Positions 23,127-33,408 of a DNA stretch of 64,000 nt are shown piece by piece; position 1 is the first letter of the stretch, and each line of letters begins with the position of its first letter. Made by a program: the position numbers and the translations under genes. Location of the stretch: contig CAVRGN010000006.1 in assembly GCA_963720725.1 (NCBI GenBank), positions 432 through 64,431 on the forward strand, written 5' to 3'. This DNA is from an uncultured Alphaproteobacteria bacterium (GTDB lineage Bacteria > Pseudomonadota > Alphaproteobacteria > Geminicoccales > Geminicoccaceae). Below the pieces are notes generated by a model. It did no database searches. It was not told the DNA's origin and saw only the letters and a program-made list of their open reading frames with translations.

Positions 23127-24296
23127 GTGACCGGTGATCGAGTCCGCGGCGCCGCAGCGCTCGTCTTCTGCCTTGTCGTTGCCGGATGCCAGCAGCCGCG
23201 CGCACCGCTGGTGGAGGCGGACATCCCGGCGGGCCGCACCCTGGTCACCGACGGCGTGGCCGAGCGCGGCCAGCGGATCGTGGCGGTGGCGGCGGAGGGT
23301 GCCGATTGCCACATGCCCGAGGCCTGGAGCCGTGCCGGCGACGCCTGGCAGGAGCTCGCGGTCGGCCCGCCGCTGGCGGCGCGGCCATGCCCGGCCGTGA
23401 CCGCACGGCTGGCCGCGGACGGGCGCACGCTCGCGGTCTACGATTTCGGCGCCGGCCGGGCCGAGGTCTTCGGCCTCGACGGGGCCGCGTTCCAGCCACT
23501 GGGCAGCGCCGCGATCACGGCCGAGATCGGCTCGCGCTTCCCGCCGCCCGGCCCGAACGTGGCCTTGTCTGCGGACGGCAGCCGCCTGCTGCTGGGCTCG
23601 ATCAACCGCAACTGCCGCACACCGTCCGCGGCCGAGCGCTATTGCGGCGTCGCCGAGCTGTTCGAACGCCGCGGCGAGCGCTGGGAGCGGGTGGCAACCT
23701 TGTTGCCTCCACCGGACCAGGACGGCTTCACCCGCTTCGGCCAGTCGGTGGCGCTGTCCCCCGACGGCATGCTGGCGCTGGCCGGCGGCACCGGCGAGCC
23801 GGGCTTTGCGGGCAAGCTCTGGGTCTATCCCGTGTCCGGCGCGGAGCCGCCCCCCGGCCAGGAGCTGGCCGCACCCGAGATGCAGACCGGCTTCGCCAAC
23901 GCGGTCAGCTGGTCGGGCGACGGGACGGCGCTGGCCGTGGGCGGCGACCAGGCCGTGCACCTGTTCCAGCGCCGCGGCGACCGGTTCGAGCTGGAGAGGA
24001 CGCTGCCACCGCCCGACGGCTCGGCCGGCTATTTCGGCGAGACCGTGGCCCTGTCCGGCAATGGGCGGCGCCTGCTGGTCGGAGCGCCGCGCACCGACTG
24101 CGCCCAAGGCGACCGCTGCGGTGTCGCCTACCTGTTCGAGCGCGGCCAGTCCTGGGCTCTGGCGCGGACCATCCGTCCGGCCACCAACGCCGGCGACGCC
24201 AATTTCGGCCACCACCTGGCCATCAGCCCCGATGGCCGCCACCTCGCGGTCCAGGGTGCGATCATCCACGTGTTCACGATCGATGGCGGGTCGTGA
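23127..24296 (+). CDS. Lipoprotein with FG-GAP-like beta-propeller repeats
   Basis: Lipobox VVAGC; repeats FGQSVALSPDG, FGETVALSGNG..LVGAP, FGHHLAISPDG. Confidence 0.75.
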   Translation: MTGDRVRGAAALVFCLVVAGCQQPRAPLVEADIPAGRTLVTDGVAERGQRIVAVAAEGADCHMPEAWSRAGDAWQELAVGPPLAARPCPAVTARLAADGRTLAVYDFGAGRAEVFGLDGAAFQPLGSAAITAEIGSRFPPPGPNVALSADGSRLLLGSINRNCRTPSAAERYCGVAELFERRGERWERVATLLPPPDQDGFTRFGQSVALSPDGMLALAGGTGEPGFAGKLWVYPVSGAEPPPGQELAAPEMQTGFANAVSWSGDGTALAVGGDQAVHLFQRRGDRFELERTLPPPDGSAGYFGETVALSGNGRRLLVGAPRTDCAQGDRCGVAYLFERGQSWALARTIRPATNAGDANFGHHLAISPDGRHLAVQGAIIHVFTIDGGS

Positions 24297-24308
24297 CGCG
24301 GGAGCAGG

Positions 24309-25379
<1,071 letters not shown>

Positions 25380-25460
25380 CTATCCACAGGCCGCGCCTTC
25401 CGCAACCGAGCCCTGCCGCGCTCCATTGCCCCGCCCGGTTTGCGCCGACCCGGCGCTGGG

Positions 25461-26021
25461 TCAAGCCGTAGCCCAGAGCTCGCGCAGGGCGGACGCGACC
25501 TCCTCGTGCATCCGCCACTGCCAGTGCCCGAGCGCGCCGCGGGCGGCCACGTCTTCGGCGAGGGCGCGCGTCCACACCGGCACTGCCCGCTTCGCGTAGT
25601 GCGGCGGGTCGATCTCCAGATACTCGGCGAACTTGTGGCCCAGGAGACCGTAATGGAGGTTGGCCACCTTGAAGTTCGCGTAGTCGGCGGAAGCGGCCAG
25701 CTGGGCCGCCGTCAGTGTGCGGTCGGGCGCGTTTGCATGCGCACGCAGCATCTTCTGATCGCGCCCGGCGATGGTCAGCGACTGGAAGGCGCGACGGTAC
25801 TCGGTCGCGGTGCCTATGTGGGGCTCCCGGCGGCGCGAGCGCTCCTCGGCCAGGAGTCCGTCGATCCACCGCTTGGCCTCGAGGACGGCCGCCTCTAGGC
25901 CGACGCCCTCGCACCGGAACCACCGCTCGCGGCCCGAGAAGGCCGCGGCCGTCGGCACGCTCGCCTGGACCGCCGCGATGATCCGAAACGTCCGATAGGA
26001 GAGATCCAGGCGCTGGGACAT
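25461..26021 (-). CDS. Hypothetical protein with putative HTH-like region
   Basis: 186 aa of plausible composition; MLRAHANAPDRTLTAAQLA...ANLHYG. Confidence 0.6.
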   Translation of the reverse strand: MSQRLDLSYRTFRIIAAVQASVPTAAAFSGRERWFRCEGVGLEAAVLEAKRWIDGLLAEERSRRREPHIGTATEYRRAFQSLTIAGRDQKMLRAHANAPDRTLTAAQLAASADYANFKVANLHYGLLGHKFAEYLEIDPPHYAKRAVPVWTRALAEDVAARGALGHWQWRMHEEVASALRELWATA

Positions 26022-26209
26022 CCGATGACGCTCCCCATGGGCCGCGGCGGGCCGCCGCGGCTCCTAGGGCGATTGTCACGCTGGTTCCTCTAGGATCGAT
26101 GAACGAGGGCCGGATCGCTCGCGCGGCAAGCTCGCCGCCGTGGCGCCTGGATTGACCGGGTCCGGGCCACCCGCTACCAGCACCCTGCAGGAGAGTCGGG
26201 AGCAGCAGG

Positions 26210-27352
26210 GTGCAGTTCGAGCTGACGCCGGACCAGACAGCCGTGCGCGACATGGCCAGGGCCTTCGCGCAGGATGCCCTGGCCCCGCACGCGGCCGAAT
26301 GGGACGAGGCCTCCCACTTCCCGGTGGAGACGCTGCGCGAGGCTGCCGGGCTCGGCCTCGCCTCGATCTACGTTCGCGAGGACGTCGGCGGCTCCGGCAT
26401 GACCAGGCTCGACGCCGCGATCGTGTTCGAGGAACTTTCGGCCGGCTGCACCTCGACCGCCGCCTACCTCTCCATCCACAACATGGTGTCGTGGATGGTC
26501 GACACCTTCGGCGACGCGGCGCAGCGCGAGCGCTGGCTGCCGGACCTGTGCGCCATGCGCATCCTGGCGAGCTATTGCCTGACCGAGCCCGGCTCCGGCT
26601 CGGACGCGGCCTCGCTACGGACCAGCGCCCGGGCGGAGGGCAACAGCACCTATGTCCTGAACGGCGGCAAGGCCTTCATTTCGGGTGCCGGCGCCAGCGA
26701 CGTCTATCTCGTGATGTGCCGCACCGGCGGCGAGGGGCCCGCGGGCGTGAGCTCGGTCCTGGTCGAGAAGGGCTCGCCCGGCCTCGCCTTCGGCAAGCCC
26801 GAGAAAAAGCTGGGCTGGCGCTCGCAGCCGACGGCACTGGTCACGTTCGACGACTGCCGCGTGCCGGTGGCCAACCGCATCGGCGCGGAGGGCGACGGGT
26901 TCAAGATCGCCATGCGCGGTCTGGACGGCGGTCGGGTCAACATCGCCGCCTGCTCCCTGGGTGCGGCACGCGCCTGCCTGGAGCGCGCCACCGCCTACCT
27001 GAAGGAACGGCGCCAGTTCGGCCGCCGGCTCGCCGATTTCCAGGCGCTGCAGTTCCGCCTTGCCGACATGGCGACCGAGCTCGATGCGGCGCGGCTGATG
27101 GTGCACCGCGCGGCCGCCAGCCTCGACGCCGGCGCGCCCGACGCGACGCTGCACTGCGCCATGGCCAAGCGCTTCGCCACCGACATCGGCTTCAAGGTGG
27201 TCAACGAGGCGCTGCAGCTGCATGGCGGCTACGGCTACATCCAGGACTACCAGGTCGAGCGCTTCCTGCGCGACTGCCGGGTGCACCAGATCCTGGAGGG
27301 TACGAACGAGATCATGCGGGTGATCATCGCCCGGCGGTTGCTCGCGGAATGA
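26210..27352 (+). CDS. Acyl-CoA dehydrogenase (isobutyryl-CoA type)
   Basis: [46 protein letters not shown]. Confidence 0.93.
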   Translation: MQFELTPDQTAVRDMARAFAQDALAPHAAEWDEASHFPVETLREAAGLGLASIYVREDVGGSGMTRLDAAIVFEELSAGCTSTAAYLSIHNMVSWMVDTFGDAAQRERWLPDLCAMRILASYCLTEPGSGSDAASLRTSARAEGNSTYVLNGGKAFISGAGASDVYLVMCRTGGEGPAGVSSVLVEKGSPGLAFGKPEKKLGWRSQPTALVTFDDCRVPVANRIGAEGDGFKIAMRGLDGGRVNIAACSLGAARACLERATAYLKERRQFGRRLADFQALQFRLADMATELDAARLMVHRAAASLDAGAPDATLHCAMAKRFATDIGFKVVNEALQLHGGYGYIQDYQVERFLRDCRVHQILEGTNEIMRVIIARRLLAE

Positions 27353-28419
27353 CCGAGGAGATCCGGTTCGAGCGCCGGGGCCGGCTGGGCGTGGCCGTCC
27401 TCGACCGGCAGCAGTCCCTGAACGCACTCACCCACGGCATGGTCCGCGCCCTGGGCCGGCAGCTCGCCCGCTGGCGCGAGGACGACGCGATTGGTGCCGT
27501 CCTGGTCAAGGCGGCACCCGGTCGGGCGTTCTGCGCCGGCGGCGACATCGTGGCGGTGGCCGAGCTCGTGCGCACGGGCGGGGTCGCGGCGGCGGCGCCG
27601 TTCTTCCGCGACGAGTACCGCCTCAACTGGCGGGTCCACACCTTTCCCAAGCCCTACATCGCCTTCATCGACGGCATCACCATGGGGGGTGGGGTCGGGA
27701 TCTCGGTGCATGGCGACTTCCGGGTGGCGACCGAGCGCACCCTGTTCGCCATGCCCGAGACCGGCATCGGCTTCTTCCCCGACGTCGGCGGAACCTGGTT
27801 CCTGCCGCGCTGCCCGGGCGAGGTCGGGATGTGGCTCGGGCTCACCGGCGCGCGGTTGCGCGGCGTCGACTGTGTCGACGCGGGCGTCGCGACGCATGCG
27901 GCACCCTCGGCGGAGCTGGACGGGCTGGAAGGCCGGCTGGTCGAGGCGGCGGCGGCGTCCGACCCGCACGCAGCCATCGCCGAATGCCTGGCGGGCCTGG
28001 AGCTGGACCGCCGGGGAGCGGTCCTGCACGCCCAGCGGCCGCAGATCGACCGCTGCTTCGCCTCCGCTACCCTGGCCGACGTGCTGCGGCTCCTGGCGGA
28101 CGAGCCCGGCAGCTTCGGCGCCGAGCAGCTGGCCGAACTCGGCCGCAAATCCCCCTTTTCCCTCGCGCTCGCCTTCGCTCAGTTGCGGCGCGGTCGCGGG
28201 CTCGGCATCGAAGAGGCATTGCGCCTGGAGTACCGGATGGTCCACGGTGTACTCGCGGGCCATGATTTCGTCGAAGGGGTTCGTGCGCTCCTCGTCGCGA
28301 AGGACCGGCAGCCGCGCTGGCGGCCAGCGAATCTCGCCGAAGTGGCCGAGGCCGCACTCGACCGCTGCATGGTGCAGCCGCCGACGGGCGACCTGGGGTT
28401 CGATTGGGACGAGGTCTGA
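27349..28419 (+). CDS. 3-hydroxyisobutyryl-CoA hydrolase-like (crotonase family)
   Basis: C-terminal part of track ORF 26140-28419: [39 protein letters not shown]. Confidence 0.9.
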   Translation: MTEEIRFERRGRLGVAVLDRQQSLNALTHGMVRALGRQLARWREDDAIGAVLVKAAPGRAFCAGGDIVAVAELVRTGGVAAAAPFFRDEYRLNWRVHTFPKPYIAFIDGITMGGGVGISVHGDFRVATERTLFAMPETGIGFFPDVGGTWFLPRCPGEVGMWLGLTGARLRGVDCVDAGVATHAAPSAELDGLEGRLVEAAAASDPHAAIAECLAGLELDRRGAVLHAQRPQIDRCFASATLADVLRLLADEPGSFGAEQLAELGRKSPFSLALAFAQLRRGRGLGIEEALRLEYRMVHGVLAGHDFVEGVRALLVAKDRQPRWRPANLAEVAEAALDRCMVQPPTGDLGFDWDEV

Positions 28420-28442
28420 GCCGCTCGGCTCAGGAGGATGAT

Positions 28443-29336
28443 ATGGCGACGGTCGGATTTGTCGGGCTCGGCCATATGGGCTTGCCCATGGCGCGCAACC
28501 TGGTCAAGGCCGGCCATGTCGTCCAGGGCTATGACGTCAGCACGGCGGCGGTGAACCGGCTGGCGGACGCCGGCGGCATCGGCGCGGTGAGCATCCAAAA
28601 GGCGGTGGCCGACGCCGACCACGTGGTGACCATGCTGCCCGAGGGCCGTCACGTGCGCTCGGTGTACATGGACCAGGGCGGCGTGTTCACCGCGGCCGCG
28701 TCGAGCGCGCTCCTGATCGACTGTTCGACCATCGACGTCGAGACCGCCCGCACGGTGGCGGCGGCCGCCGCCGCGCGCGGCTTCGCCATGGTCGATGCGC
28801 CGGTCTCCGGCGGGGTTTCCGGTGCGGAGGCCGCGACGCTCACCTTCATGGTCGGCGGAGCCGAAGCCGCGTTCGCGCGCGCCGAGGAGGTGCTCGCGAG
28901 AATGGGCAAGGCGGTGATCCACGCCGGCGGCGCCGGCAACGGGCAGGCGGCCAAGATCTGCAACAACATGATGTTGGGCATCCAGATGATCTCGGTCTGC
29001 GAGGCGATGTCGCTGGCGCGGCGTCTTGGCCTTGCGACCGACCGGCTGTTCGAGATCGGCCGGGTGTCCTCCGGACAGTGCTGGTCGCTGACCAGCTATT
29101 GCCCGGTGCCCGGCCCCGTGCCGACTTCGCCGGCCAACCGCGACTACCGGCCGGGCTTCACCACTGCGATGATGCTGAAGGACCTGCGGCTGGCCCAGGC
29201 GGCGGCGCAGGCCTCGGGCGCCAGCACACCATTGGGCGCAGAAGCATACCAGCTCTTCAGCCTGTTCGCGGCTGGCGGCAATGAAGGGCTGGATTTTTCC
29301 GCCATTATCAAGATGATCGAAGGCGAACCCGCTTAG
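28443..29336 (+). CDS. mmsB: 3-hydroxyisobutyrate dehydrogenase
   Basis: GFVGLGHMG, DAPVSGG, AAKICNNM; follows ACAD and hydrolase (valine catabolism). Confidence 0.93.
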   Translation: MATVGFVGLGHMGLPMARNLVKAGHVVQGYDVSTAAVNRLADAGGIGAVSIQKAVADADHVVTMLPEGRHVRSVYMDQGGVFTAAASSALLIDCSTIDVETARTVAAAAAARGFAMVDAPVSGGVSGAEAATLTFMVGGAEAAFARAEEVLARMGKAVIHAGGAGNGQAAKICNNMMLGIQMISVCEAMSLARRLGLATDRLFEIGRVSSGQCWSLTSYCPVPGPVPTSPANRDYRPGFTTAMMLKDLRLAQAAAQASGASTPLGAEAYQLFSLFAAGGNEGLDFSAIIKMIEGEPA

Positions 29337-29396
29337 GGTCGTTCCGGCATAAGTCCGCCGGCGGCTTGAGGCGAAAAATCGAGAACCGAGGCGGAC

Positions 29397-29876
29397 GTGA
29401 AGGAACAATACCTTATCAGCATTCGTCTCATCGAGCGCCTTCACCGGCGGTTCCTCGACGTGATCAAGGCAGAACTGGATCGACTGGGTATCGAGGACAT
29501 CAACAATGTTCAGACGTTGATCCTGTTCAACATCAACGAGGAACAGCTTACCGTCGGCGAGCTCACGGTTCGTGGCTACTACCTGGGGTCGAACGTATCG
29601 TACAATGTTAAAAAGTTGGTTGAGAACGACTATCTGATACAGGAGCGGTCCTCGCATGATCGACGCATGACGCGCGTGCGCCTGTCGGCCAAGGGCCTCG
29701 ACCTGACCGCGCGGATCAGCGAGCTCTACCAGCGCAACAGCGAGGAGTTGGCCGGGAGGTTCGTGGGCGAGGAGCAACTGCGCCAGACCAATCAGGCGCT
29801 GATGAGCCTGGAGCGTTACTGGAGCAGCCAGATCAGCTACGGCCCGGCTTTTGGGATGATCGAGCCGGAAGAGTAG
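29397..29876 (+). CDS. MarR family regulator (LdtR-like)
   Basis: RGYYLGSNVSYNVKKL, DRRMTRVRLS. Confidence 0.85.
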   Translation: MKEQYLISIRLIERLHRRFLDVIKAELDRLGIEDINNVQTLILFNINEEQLTVGELTVRGYYLGSNVSYNVKKLVENDYLIQERSSHDRRMTRVRLSAKGLDLTARISELYQRNSEELAGRFVGEEQLRQTNQALMSLERYWSSQISYGPAFGMIEPEE

Positions 29877-29895
29877 GCCCGGAGCGGCTCGCGCC

Positions 29896-30558
29896 CTATT
29901 CGGACGTCTCGCGCGGCTTGTGCATGGTGTCGAGCTGCCGCTGGAGGGACTCCATGCGGCCGCGCAGCTCGCGCATCTCCTGGTCCAGGCCGGCCGGCTT
30001 GTCGACAGCGGCCGGCTCCCGGACCACCTGCCAGGGCTCGTCGGTCGCCGCTGCCTGATGCTCGCTTTCGCCGCCGCCCGCGCCGGGGCGGAACATGCTG
30101 GCCGCGCGCTGGAACAGCGCCATGTTCTGGCGGGTCATGTCCTCGAGCTGGTTCAGCGGAAAGAACCGGCCGAACGTCTGCTCGACATAGGACCGCATCT
30201 GGTCCTGATGCTTGGCGAAGTTCTCCATGCTCATCTCGAGATAGCGCGGCAGGAAGGACTGCAGGCTGTCGTCGTAATAGCCGATGACGTGCCGCAGGAA
30301 CCCGATCGGCAGCAGGTTGCGGCCCTTGCTGTCCTCTTCCAGGATGATCTGGGTCAGGACGGAGCGGGTGATGTCCTCGCCGGTCTTGGCGTCGAACACC
30401 ACGAACTCCTCGCCCTTGCGCACCATCTGGCTGAGCTCGTCGAGAGTGACGTAGCTGCTGGTGGCGGTGTTGTAGAGGCGGCGGTTGGCGTACTTCTTGA
30501 CCACCGCCGGCTTGCTCGCCACCGTGGCCGCCTCCGACTCGACCTTGCCCAGGCTCAT
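29896..30558 (-). CDS. phaR: Polyhydroxyalkanoate synthesis repressor
   Basis: KKYANRRLYNTATSSYVTL, DAKTGEDIT, LTQII. Confidence 0.93.
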   Translation of the reverse strand: MSLGKVESEAATVASKPAVVKKYANRRLYNTATSSYVTLDELSQMVRKGEEFVVFDAKTGEDITRSVLTQIILEEDSKGRNLLPIGFLRHVIGYYDDSLQSFLPRYLEMSMENFAKHQDQMRSYVEQTFGRFFPLNQLEDMTRQNMALFQRAASMFRPGAGGGESEHQAAATDEPWQVVREPAAVDKPAGLDQEMRELRGRMESLQRQLDTMHKPRETSE

Positions 30559-30682
30559 TCCCGTCCCAGTCGCACCGGCGCGCGCATGAACGCCGCGCCC
30601 ACACCCGACGCTATCGCCCGCTCCGCGGCGGGACAAGCAGCAAATGCTGCGCTGCCGAAGGCCTGCCGCGAAGGCGGCATGG

Positions 30683-31228
30683 TCAGATCAGCGCCGCCAG
30701 CTCCTCCTCGAGGGTGAGCTCGCGCTCCTCCTCCTCGGCGGGCTCTTCGGGCGCTGCCTTGCCGGCCTGGAGATCGGCCTCGGCCTGCGAGCGGGCGATG
30801 TTGACCTTGACCGTCACCTCGACCTCGGGGTGCAGTGCCACCGCGACGTCGTGCAGGCCCAGGGTCTTGAGCGGCTGGTCGAGGCGGACCTGCTGCCGCT
30901 CCAGGCTGATGCCGGCCTCGGTGAAGGCCACGGCGACGTCGCGCGCATTGACCGAGCCGTAGAGCTGGCTGGTTTCGCTCGCCTGCCGGAGCAGGGTGAC
31001 CATCTGGCCCTCGACCTTGCCGGCCATGGCCTGGGCGTCCTGCTTGCGCTCGAGATTGCGCGCCTCGAGCTGGGCCCGGCGCTTCTCGAAATCGCCGATC
31101 GAAGCCTTGGTCGCGCGCAGCGCCTTGCCGTGCGGGATCAGGAAGTTGCGGGCGTAGCCCGGCTTGACGTTGACCACCTCGCCCATCTGGCCGAGCTTGG
31201 GCACGCGCTCGAGAAGGATGATCTGCAT
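30683..31228 (-). CDS. rplI: 50S ribosomal protein L9
   Basis: [33 protein letters not shown]. Confidence 0.98.
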   Translation of the reverse strand: MQIILLERVPKLGQMGEVVNVKPGYARNFLIPHGKALRATKASIGDFEKRRAQLEARNLERKQDAQAMAGKVEGQMVTLLRQASETSQLYGSVNARDVAVAFTEAGISLERQQVRLDQPLKTLGLHDVAVALHPEVEVTVKVNIARSQAEADLQAGKAAPEEPAEEEERELTLEEELAALI

Positions 31229-31242
31229 CGCTCGCCTCCCGC

Positions 31243-31554
31243 TCAGCCGGTCACGTAGGGCAGGAGGGCCAGCTCGCGGGCGCGCTTGACCGCCTGGGCC
31301 AGCTGCCGCTGCTCGCCGGCGGTGACCGCCGTGATGCGCCGCGGCACGATCTTGCCGCGCTCGGACACGAAGCGCTGCAGCAGCTTGATGTCCTTGTAGT
31401 CGATCTTCGGCGCGTCGGCGTGCGCGAACGGGCTCGACTTGCGGCGCCGGAAGAACGGCCGGCGGATGGTGATGTTCGGCGGCTCGCCGCCACGGCTGCG
31501 GCCCTGGTAGCCGCCATCCTCGGACCGAGCCGGGGTCTCGTCGTCTCTAGCCAT
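31243..31554 (-). CDS. rpsR: 30S ribosomal protein S18
   Basis: [25 protein letters not shown]...[13 protein letters not shown]. Confidence 0.97.
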   Translation of the reverse strand: MARDDETPARSEDGGYQGRSRGGEPPNITIRRPFFRRRKSSPFAHADAPKIDYKDIKLLQRFVSERGKIVPRRITAVTAGEQRQLAQAVKRARELALLPYVTG

Positions 31555-31566
31555 CGCTCAGCGCTC

Positions 31567-31992
31567 TCAGAAACGGGGTTCGCGGTCGGGGCGGTCGCCG
31601 CGGTCGCGGTCGCGGCCGCCGCCACGCGGGCCGTCGAAGTCGCGGCGCGGGCCACGCTCGTCGCGGCTGGTCTTGGCCACCATCACCTGCGAGGGGCCCT
31701 CCTCGAACTTCTCGACCCGGACCGTGAGGTAGCGCAGCACGTCCTCGTGGATGCGCTGCGTGCGCTCCAATTCGGTGATCGCCGCCGCCGGGGCGTCGAT
31801 GTTCAGGTGCAGGTAATGGCCCTTGCGGTGCTTCTTGACCCGGTAGGCCAGGTTGCGCAGGCCCCAATACTCGGTCTTGCCGAGGGTGCCGCCCTGGGCG
31901 GTGATCACCTCGCCGAAGGCGGTGGAGAGGTCCTGGGCCTGCTGGTTGGACAGGTCCGGCCGGGCGATGACGGTGTGCTCGTAAAGAGGCAT
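31567..31992 (-). CDS. rpsF: 30S ribosomal protein S6
   Basis: MPLYEHTVIARPD, WGLRNLAYRV, DVLRYLTVRV; ATG at 31992. Confidence 0.97.
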   Translation of the reverse strand: MPLYEHTVIARPDLSNQQAQDLSTAFGEVITAQGGTLGKTEYWGLRNLAYRVKKHRKGHYLHLNIDAPAAAITELERTQRIHEDVLRYLTVRVEKFEEGPSQVMVAKTSRDERGPRRDFDGPRGGGRDRDRGDRPDREPRF

Positions 31993-32126
31993 CGGTAGCG
32001 ACGATCCTTTCCGTTGGACAACAGGACGGGGCCCGCCAGCCATTCCGGCGTTCCAGGCGTCCGGTCTTCCATTGGGGCGGCGCGAAAGGGCGCGACGATG
32101 CACCCGCCCGCGCGGCGAAGGGCAGG

Positions 32127-32154
32127 CTTATACACGCTCCGGTGCGGCAGGCAA
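32127..32154 (-). promoter_or_regulatory. sigma70-type promoter for rpsF-rpsR-rplI
   Basis: Minus strand TTGCCT-N16-TATAAG, implying a leader of roughly 130 nt. Confidence 0.55.
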
Positions 32155-32209
32155 GGCCGGCTTTCCGTGCTAGACGGGACGGACCAGCGGCTGGGCGAGG
32201 GGCGGGAAC

Positions 32210-32887
32210 ATGGCGGCACGGCGCATGGCTTTGGTGTTCGATCTCGACGGTACGCTGGTCGACAGCGTCTACCAGCATGTGGTGGCATGGCACCATGCGC
32301 TGCTCGCCAACGGGATCGAGCTGTCGATCTGGAAGATCCACCGCCGCATCGGCATGAGCGGCGGGCTGTTCACCCGCGCGCTCCTGCGCGAGACGGGCCG
32401 GGAGTACGATCCAGAGCTGCTGGAGCGGCTGCGCCAGGCGCATGCGGACGCCTACAAGCGGACGTCGGGCGACGTGCGGCCGCTGCCGGGGGCGGTCGAG
32501 CTCCTGGCCCGGCTCACCGCCATCGGCTGTCCCTGGGGCATCGCCACCAGCGGCCGGATCGAGACTGCGGGGCCGGTGATCGCCAAGCTGGGCGTGCCCG
32601 AGGGCGTGCCGATCATCACCCGCGACATGGTGGCCCACGCCAAGCCCGACCCCGACCTGTTCCTGGCGGCGGTGGACCGGCTGGGCGTCGATCCTTCGGG
32701 CGTCTACGTCATCGGCGACAGCGTCTGGGACCTGCTGGCGGCGCGGCGGGCGGGGACCCTGGGGATCGGCCTGCTGTCGGGCGGCTACGGCACCGAGGAA
32801 CTCGAGCGCGCCGGCGCGTACCGCGTGTACGACGACCCGGCCATGCTCCTGACCCGCCTCGACGAGTTGGGCGTGCGCGAGGCGTAG
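32210..32887 (+). CDS. HAD family phosphatase
   Basis: FDLDGTLVDS, ATSG, KPDPD, IGDSVWD. Confidence 0.93.
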   Translation: MAARRMALVFDLDGTLVDSVYQHVVAWHHALLANGIELSIWKIHRRIGMSGGLFTRALLRETGREYDPELLERLRQAHADAYKRTSGDVRPLPGAVELLARLTAIGCPWGIATSGRIETAGPVIAKLGVPEGVPIITRDMVAHAKPDPDLFLAAVDRLGVDPSGVYVIGDSVWDLLAARRAGTLGIGLLSGGYGTEELERAGAYRVYDDPAMLLTRLDELGVREA

Positions 32888-33066
32888 GCTTCTCCGCCCG
32901 CCCTCCGCTCAGGTTGCCCGCTTGCGCTGCATCGCGGCCAAGGCGCGGCGCCGGCAAAGCGCAAGGTCAAAGGAGAGGGTCCGTTTCATGACATGGCGGT
33001 CGCGTGTCTTGCCCTTGAAACCGTCTCGGCTTCGCTCGCGCCCGCCCGGCCCGGGCCGCCGGCGCC

Positions 33067-33186
33067 TTGCTCCGATTCAAGGAGCTCTATGGCAACGTCA
33101 GCGTGCTGGGGCTGACCTTTTCCGACAAGGTGAAGGCGCTGGCCGGCTGCGAGGTCAGCATGCGCGGCTTCATGGCGCCGCCGCCA
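33067..33186 (+). pseudogene. Truncated N-terminal fragment of a conserved alphaproteobacterial periplasmic protein (DUF3299-like)
   Basis: FKELYGNVSVLGLTFSDKVKALAGCEVSMRGFMAPP, then similarity stops; recognised from memory. Confidence 0.45.
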
Positions 33187-33224
33187 GCTTCGCCTGGTCG
33201 ATGCACGGTTCTGGACGGTGTAGA

Positions 33225-33305
33225 TCATCTCAGCCGGCGATCTCCCGCCAGGAAGTCCAGGAAGGTTCTGACCTTGGCGGAAAGCCATTTCCGGCTCGGA
33301 CAGAA
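33225..33305 (-). pseudogene. C-terminal remnant of a LysR-type regulator
   Basis: PSRKWLSAKVRTFLDFLA followed by a stop; no upstream LysR body. Confidence 0.6.
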
Positions 33306-33408
33306 CGCTCGCGGCCGGGCGTTCACCGTCGCCGCCTTCGCGACCACCAGCTCGCAGGCGCCCCTCGGCGAGGTTGCGCCGATGCGGCCGCACGTCGTCA
33401 ATGAGGCC

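Noticed and set aside
26140-28419. 759 aa ORF suggesting a large fusion
   Set aside because: Only the part from ATG 27349 is a crotonase-family gene; the upstream part is an alternate frame of the acyl-CoA dehydrogenase.
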